Shown piece by piece: positions 61,767 to 64,000 of a stretch of DNA of 64,000 nt (its first letter is position 1; each line of letters begins with the position of its first letter). Position numbers and translations under genes: made by a program. The notes beneath the pieces were generated by a model, which was not told where the DNA came from, made no database searches, and was given only the letters and a program-made list of their open reading frames with translations. Location: NCBI GenBank assembly GCA_964372085.1, contig CAYJPQ010000012.1:694-64693 (forward strand), in the 5' to 3' direction. The DNA is from an uncultured Bifidobacteriaceae bacterium (lineage in GTDB: Bacteria > Acidobacteriota > Vicinamibacteria > Vicinamibacterales > UBA2999).

Positions 61767-62474
61767 GTGACCATGCATCGATACCTCTTGATGAGCGTGG
61801 CGGCGTTGGGCCTCGCGTCCGCCACCCTGCCGGCCGCACAGGACTATCCCCACGCGTTCCCGCGCACCGGGGCCACGCAGTTGTTCGATAATCCCCGCGT
61901 CACGGTGTGGGAGGTCAACTGGATTCACGGCGTGAAAGCCCCCATCCACCGCCACCGCTACGACATGGCTGGGGTGTACCTGCGCTACGGGGAGGTCACG
62001 GTGACGCGCCCCGACGGCACGGCCACCTCGGGGCAACGCTTCGAGGTGCCGCGTCCGCACTTCCAGCTGAAGGACATCACCCACCGCGAAGAGGCCATGG
62101 GCAAGCCCGGGGATCCCGAGCGGCTGGCCATCATGGTGGATCTCAAGGACGACGCGGTGCCGCCGTTCACGGTGACGTCGGGCGACCCGACGGCGTTTCC
62201 GCGCGCGGGCGCGTCGAACGTGCTCGAGAACCCGCGCGTGCGCATGTGGGACTACACCTGGACGCCCGGCTCACCCACGCCGCGGCACGTCCACGACACC
62301 GACACCATCGAGGTGTTCGTCACCGGCGGGCGCATCCGCACGCGCACGGCGGACGGCCAGGAAGAGGCGCACGACGTGGCGTTCAAGACGGCGCGCTGGG
62401 TGCCGCGCGGACGCGTGGATACGGAAGAGGCGGTCAGCGGGGCGCCGCGGGCGATTGTGATCGAGCTGAAGTGA
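61767..62474 (+). CDS. Secreted protein with two tandem cupin-like repeats (function unknown)
   Basis: 235 aa with a signal peptide. Internal duplication: AFPRTGATQLFDNPRVTVWEVNW...HRHRYD vs AFPRAGASNVLENPRVRMWDYTW...RHVHDTD. ATG 61773 is an alternative start. Confidence 0.6.
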   Translation: MTMHRYLLMSVAALGLASATLPAAQDYPHAFPRTGATQLFDNPRVTVWEVNWIHGVKAPIHRHRYDMAGVYLRYGEVTVTRPDGTATSGQRFEVPRPHFQLKDITHREEAMGKPGDPERLAIMVDLKDDAVPPFTVTSGDPTAFPRAGASNVLENPRVRMWDYTWTPGSPTPRHVHDTDTIEVFVTGGRIRTRTADGQEEAHDVAFKTARWVPRGRVDTEEAVSGAPRAIVIELK

Positions 62475-62558
62475 GAGGTCAGAAGTGAGAGGTCAGAAGG
62501 CTCTCACTTCTCACTTCTCACTTCTCACTTCTCACTTCTCACTTCTCACTTCTCACTT
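62468..62558. repeat. Inverted heptamer arrays between convergent genes: (GAAGTGA GAGGTCA)x2 facing (CTCACTT)x8
   Basis: Counted 8 consecutive CTCACTT units at 62503-62558. GAAGTGAGAG (62482-62491) pairs perfectly with CTCTCACTTC (62501-62510). The first unit contains the bicupin stop TGA. Confidence 0.9.
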
Positions 62559-62560
62559 CT

Positions 62561-64000
62561 TCAGTGCCTGAAATGCCGTTTCCCGGTGAACACCATCGCC
62601 AGATTGTGTTCATCCGCCGCGGCAATCACCTCGGCGTCCCTCACGGATCCGCCCGGCTGCACCACCGCGGTGGCCCCGGCGGCGGCCACGGCGTCGAGGC
62701 CGTCGCGGAACGGGAAGAAGGCATCCGAGGCCGCGACCGAGCCCTTGAGCAGGGCCGGCGCCTCACCAGATTTCCAGCCGGCCGCCTTCATGGTGGCCAC
62801 CTTCACGGCATCCACGCGGCTCATCTGACCGGCGCCAATCGCCAGCGTCCGGACCGCATCGGTGAAGATGATGGTGTTCGACTTCACGTGGGCCATCACG
62901 CGCCACGCAAACCGCAAGGCCTGCCACTCGGTGGCCGTCGGCTGGCGTTTCGTCACCACCGTGAGACCGTCCGATGGCCAGGCCTGCCGCGCCTCGCGCA
63001 CCTGGTCGCGCTCCTGCACCAGCAGCGCCCCCAGCACCGATCGCAGCTCCCGGCGTAACTGCGGAGGCGCGGTGGATTCCAGCAGCGCGCCGAAATCCGC
63101 CTTCACCACGCGGAGGTTGGGCTTGGTGGCCAGCACCGCCAGGGCGGCATCGTCCACCACCTCCGGCGCGACCACCGCCTCGATGAAGGTGGACACGATG
63201 GCCCGCGCCGTCTCCTCGTCGATGGGCCGGTTCAACCCGATGATGCCGCCGAAGGCGGCCAGGGCGTCGGCCTCGCGCGCGCGCACGTACGCTTCGGCGA
63301 TCGACGCGCCCGTCGCGGCACCGCAGGGGTTGGTGTGCTTGATCACCACCGCGGCCGGGCCGTCGAACTCGATGGCAATGCGCGCCGCCGCGTCGAGGTC
63401 CAGCAGGTTCGTGAACGACAGCTCCTTGCCCTGCAACACCGACGCGGCGCCCAGCCCCACGGGCGGATCGGTGGCGTACCACGCGGCAGGCTGGTGCGGG
63501 TTCTCGCCGTACCGCAAGTCGCGCAGCTTGTGGCCTTCCACCACCAGGTGATCGGGGGCGAAGGCAGGCCCTGCAGCGCTGCCTCCTCGAACAAACTGCC
63601 CGTCCTCGACCCTCACCTCGGCCAGCGTGCCGGCGATGGCGGTGTCATAACTCCCGGTGTGCGCAAAGGCCCGGCGCGCCAGCTCGAAGCGGAAGGCCGT
63701 GGACGGCCCCTCCGGGCGATCGAGCTCGGCGATCACCTCGGCGTAGTCGCCAGGGGCGACAACAACGAGCACGTCGCGGAAGTTCTTGGCGGCCGCGCGC
63801 ACGAGGCTGGGTCCGCCGATGTCGATCTGCTCGATGAGGTCGTCGAAGGCGATGCCGGGCTTGGCGGCCGTCTCCACGAAGGGGTAAAGGTTCACCACCA
63901 CCAGGTCGACCATCCCGATGCCATGCTCGGCGGCGAGCGCCAGGTCTTCGGGGTAGTGCCGCCGGGCCAGGATGCCGCCGTGAATCCTGGGGTGGAGGGT
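62561..64000 (-). CDS. purH: Bifunctional AICAR transformylase / IMP cyclohydrolase, C-terminal ~480 codons (5' end beyond the right edge)
   Basis: VVNLYPF...[13 protein letters not shown]...KHTNPCG...QPGGSVRD motifs. The frame stays open upstream of the track ATG ([12 protein letters not shown]... from my translation of 63914-64000). Confidence 0.93.
   Translation of the reverse strand, partial: TLHPRIHGGILARRHYPEDLALAAEHGIGMVDLVVVNLYPFVETAAKPGIAFDDLIEQIDIGGPSLVRAAAKNFRDVLVVVAPGDYAEVIAELDRPEGPSTAFRFELARRAFAHTGSYDTAIAGTLAEVRVEDGQFVRGGSAAGPAFAPDHLVVEGHKLRDLRYGENPHQPAAWYATDPPVGLGAASVLQGKELSFTNLLDLDAAARIAIEFDGPAAVVIKHTNPCGAATGASIAEAYVRAREADALAAFGGIIGLNRPIDEETARAIVSTFIEAVVAPEVVDDAALAVLATKPNLRVVKADFGALLESTAPPQLRRELRSVLGALLVQERDQVREARQAWPSDGLTVVTKRQPTATEWQALRFAWRVMAHVKSNTIIFTDAVRTLAIGAGQMSRVDAVKVATMKAAGWKSGEAPALLKGSVAASDAFFPFRDGLDAVAAAGATAVVQPGGSVRDAEVIAAADEHNLAMVFTGKRHFRH

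Overview
GC-rich bacterial chromosomal window (roughly two-thirds G+C by eye, not computed). It is mostly conserved housekeeping DNA, almost all on the minus strand. Left to right: (1) the 5' part of rpsL at the edge. (2) A ~6.4 kb accessory block between rpsL and rpoC: a TPR protein with an in-frame 9-bp repeat, a histidine kinase plus OmpR-type regulator, a TauE/SafE permease and a Calx-beta lipoprotein. (3) The classical rpoC-rpoB-rplL-rplJ-rplA-rplK-nusG-secE-tRNATrp-rpmG-tuf block, preceded by a tRNA Thr-Tyr-Gly-Thr operon. (4) rlmB, a TonB-C protein, a CarboxypepD_reg-type TonB-dependent receptor and a PD40/amidohydrolase protein. (5) gltX and ispDF. (6) An RND efflux operon (OMF-MFP-RND) extended by a universal stress protein and a DUF2892 membrane protein, with a divergent ECF sigma factor coupled to a Tat-signal Ntn-asparaginase. 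(7) A mazEF-type toxin-antitoxin pair next to a decayed phoD. (8) A B3/4-domain protein, plsC, PIN/TRAM (yacL-like) and radA. (9) alr, dnaB, rplI, rpsR, rpsF. (10) pth, rplY, prs, tRNAGln, ispE, a LolB-like lipoprotein and a TPR protein. (11) A trm112-like gene, a heptosyltransferase, an O-antigen-ligase-like gene and a heptose kinase. (12) ycbK/mepK-like and ldtD-like genes, a secreted bicupin, and most of purH at the right edge. Gene content suggests an Acidobacteriota-like diderm (inference only). I found no convincing new multi-gene system: no CRISPR, cas genes, prophage, transposase or defence island. The most unusual signals are: (a) most intergenic spacers are built from locus-specific 7-12 nt tandem repeats, often as inverted blocks, that run into start and stop codons and in one case into a coding region as a Gly-Ala-Gln/Arg linker; (b) a Cys-rich ~60-residue insertion near the N-terminus of RpoB; (c) a ~240-bp nested palindromic MITE-like element; (d) a LolB-like lipoprotein in lolB-ispE-prs synteny; (e) dispersed repeat families (CACGAAG decamers, GAAGTGA heptamers, GGGGCTGAAGCCCC hairpins). 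Many very long ORFs in the track are antisense artefacts of GC-rich coding DNA and were rejected.
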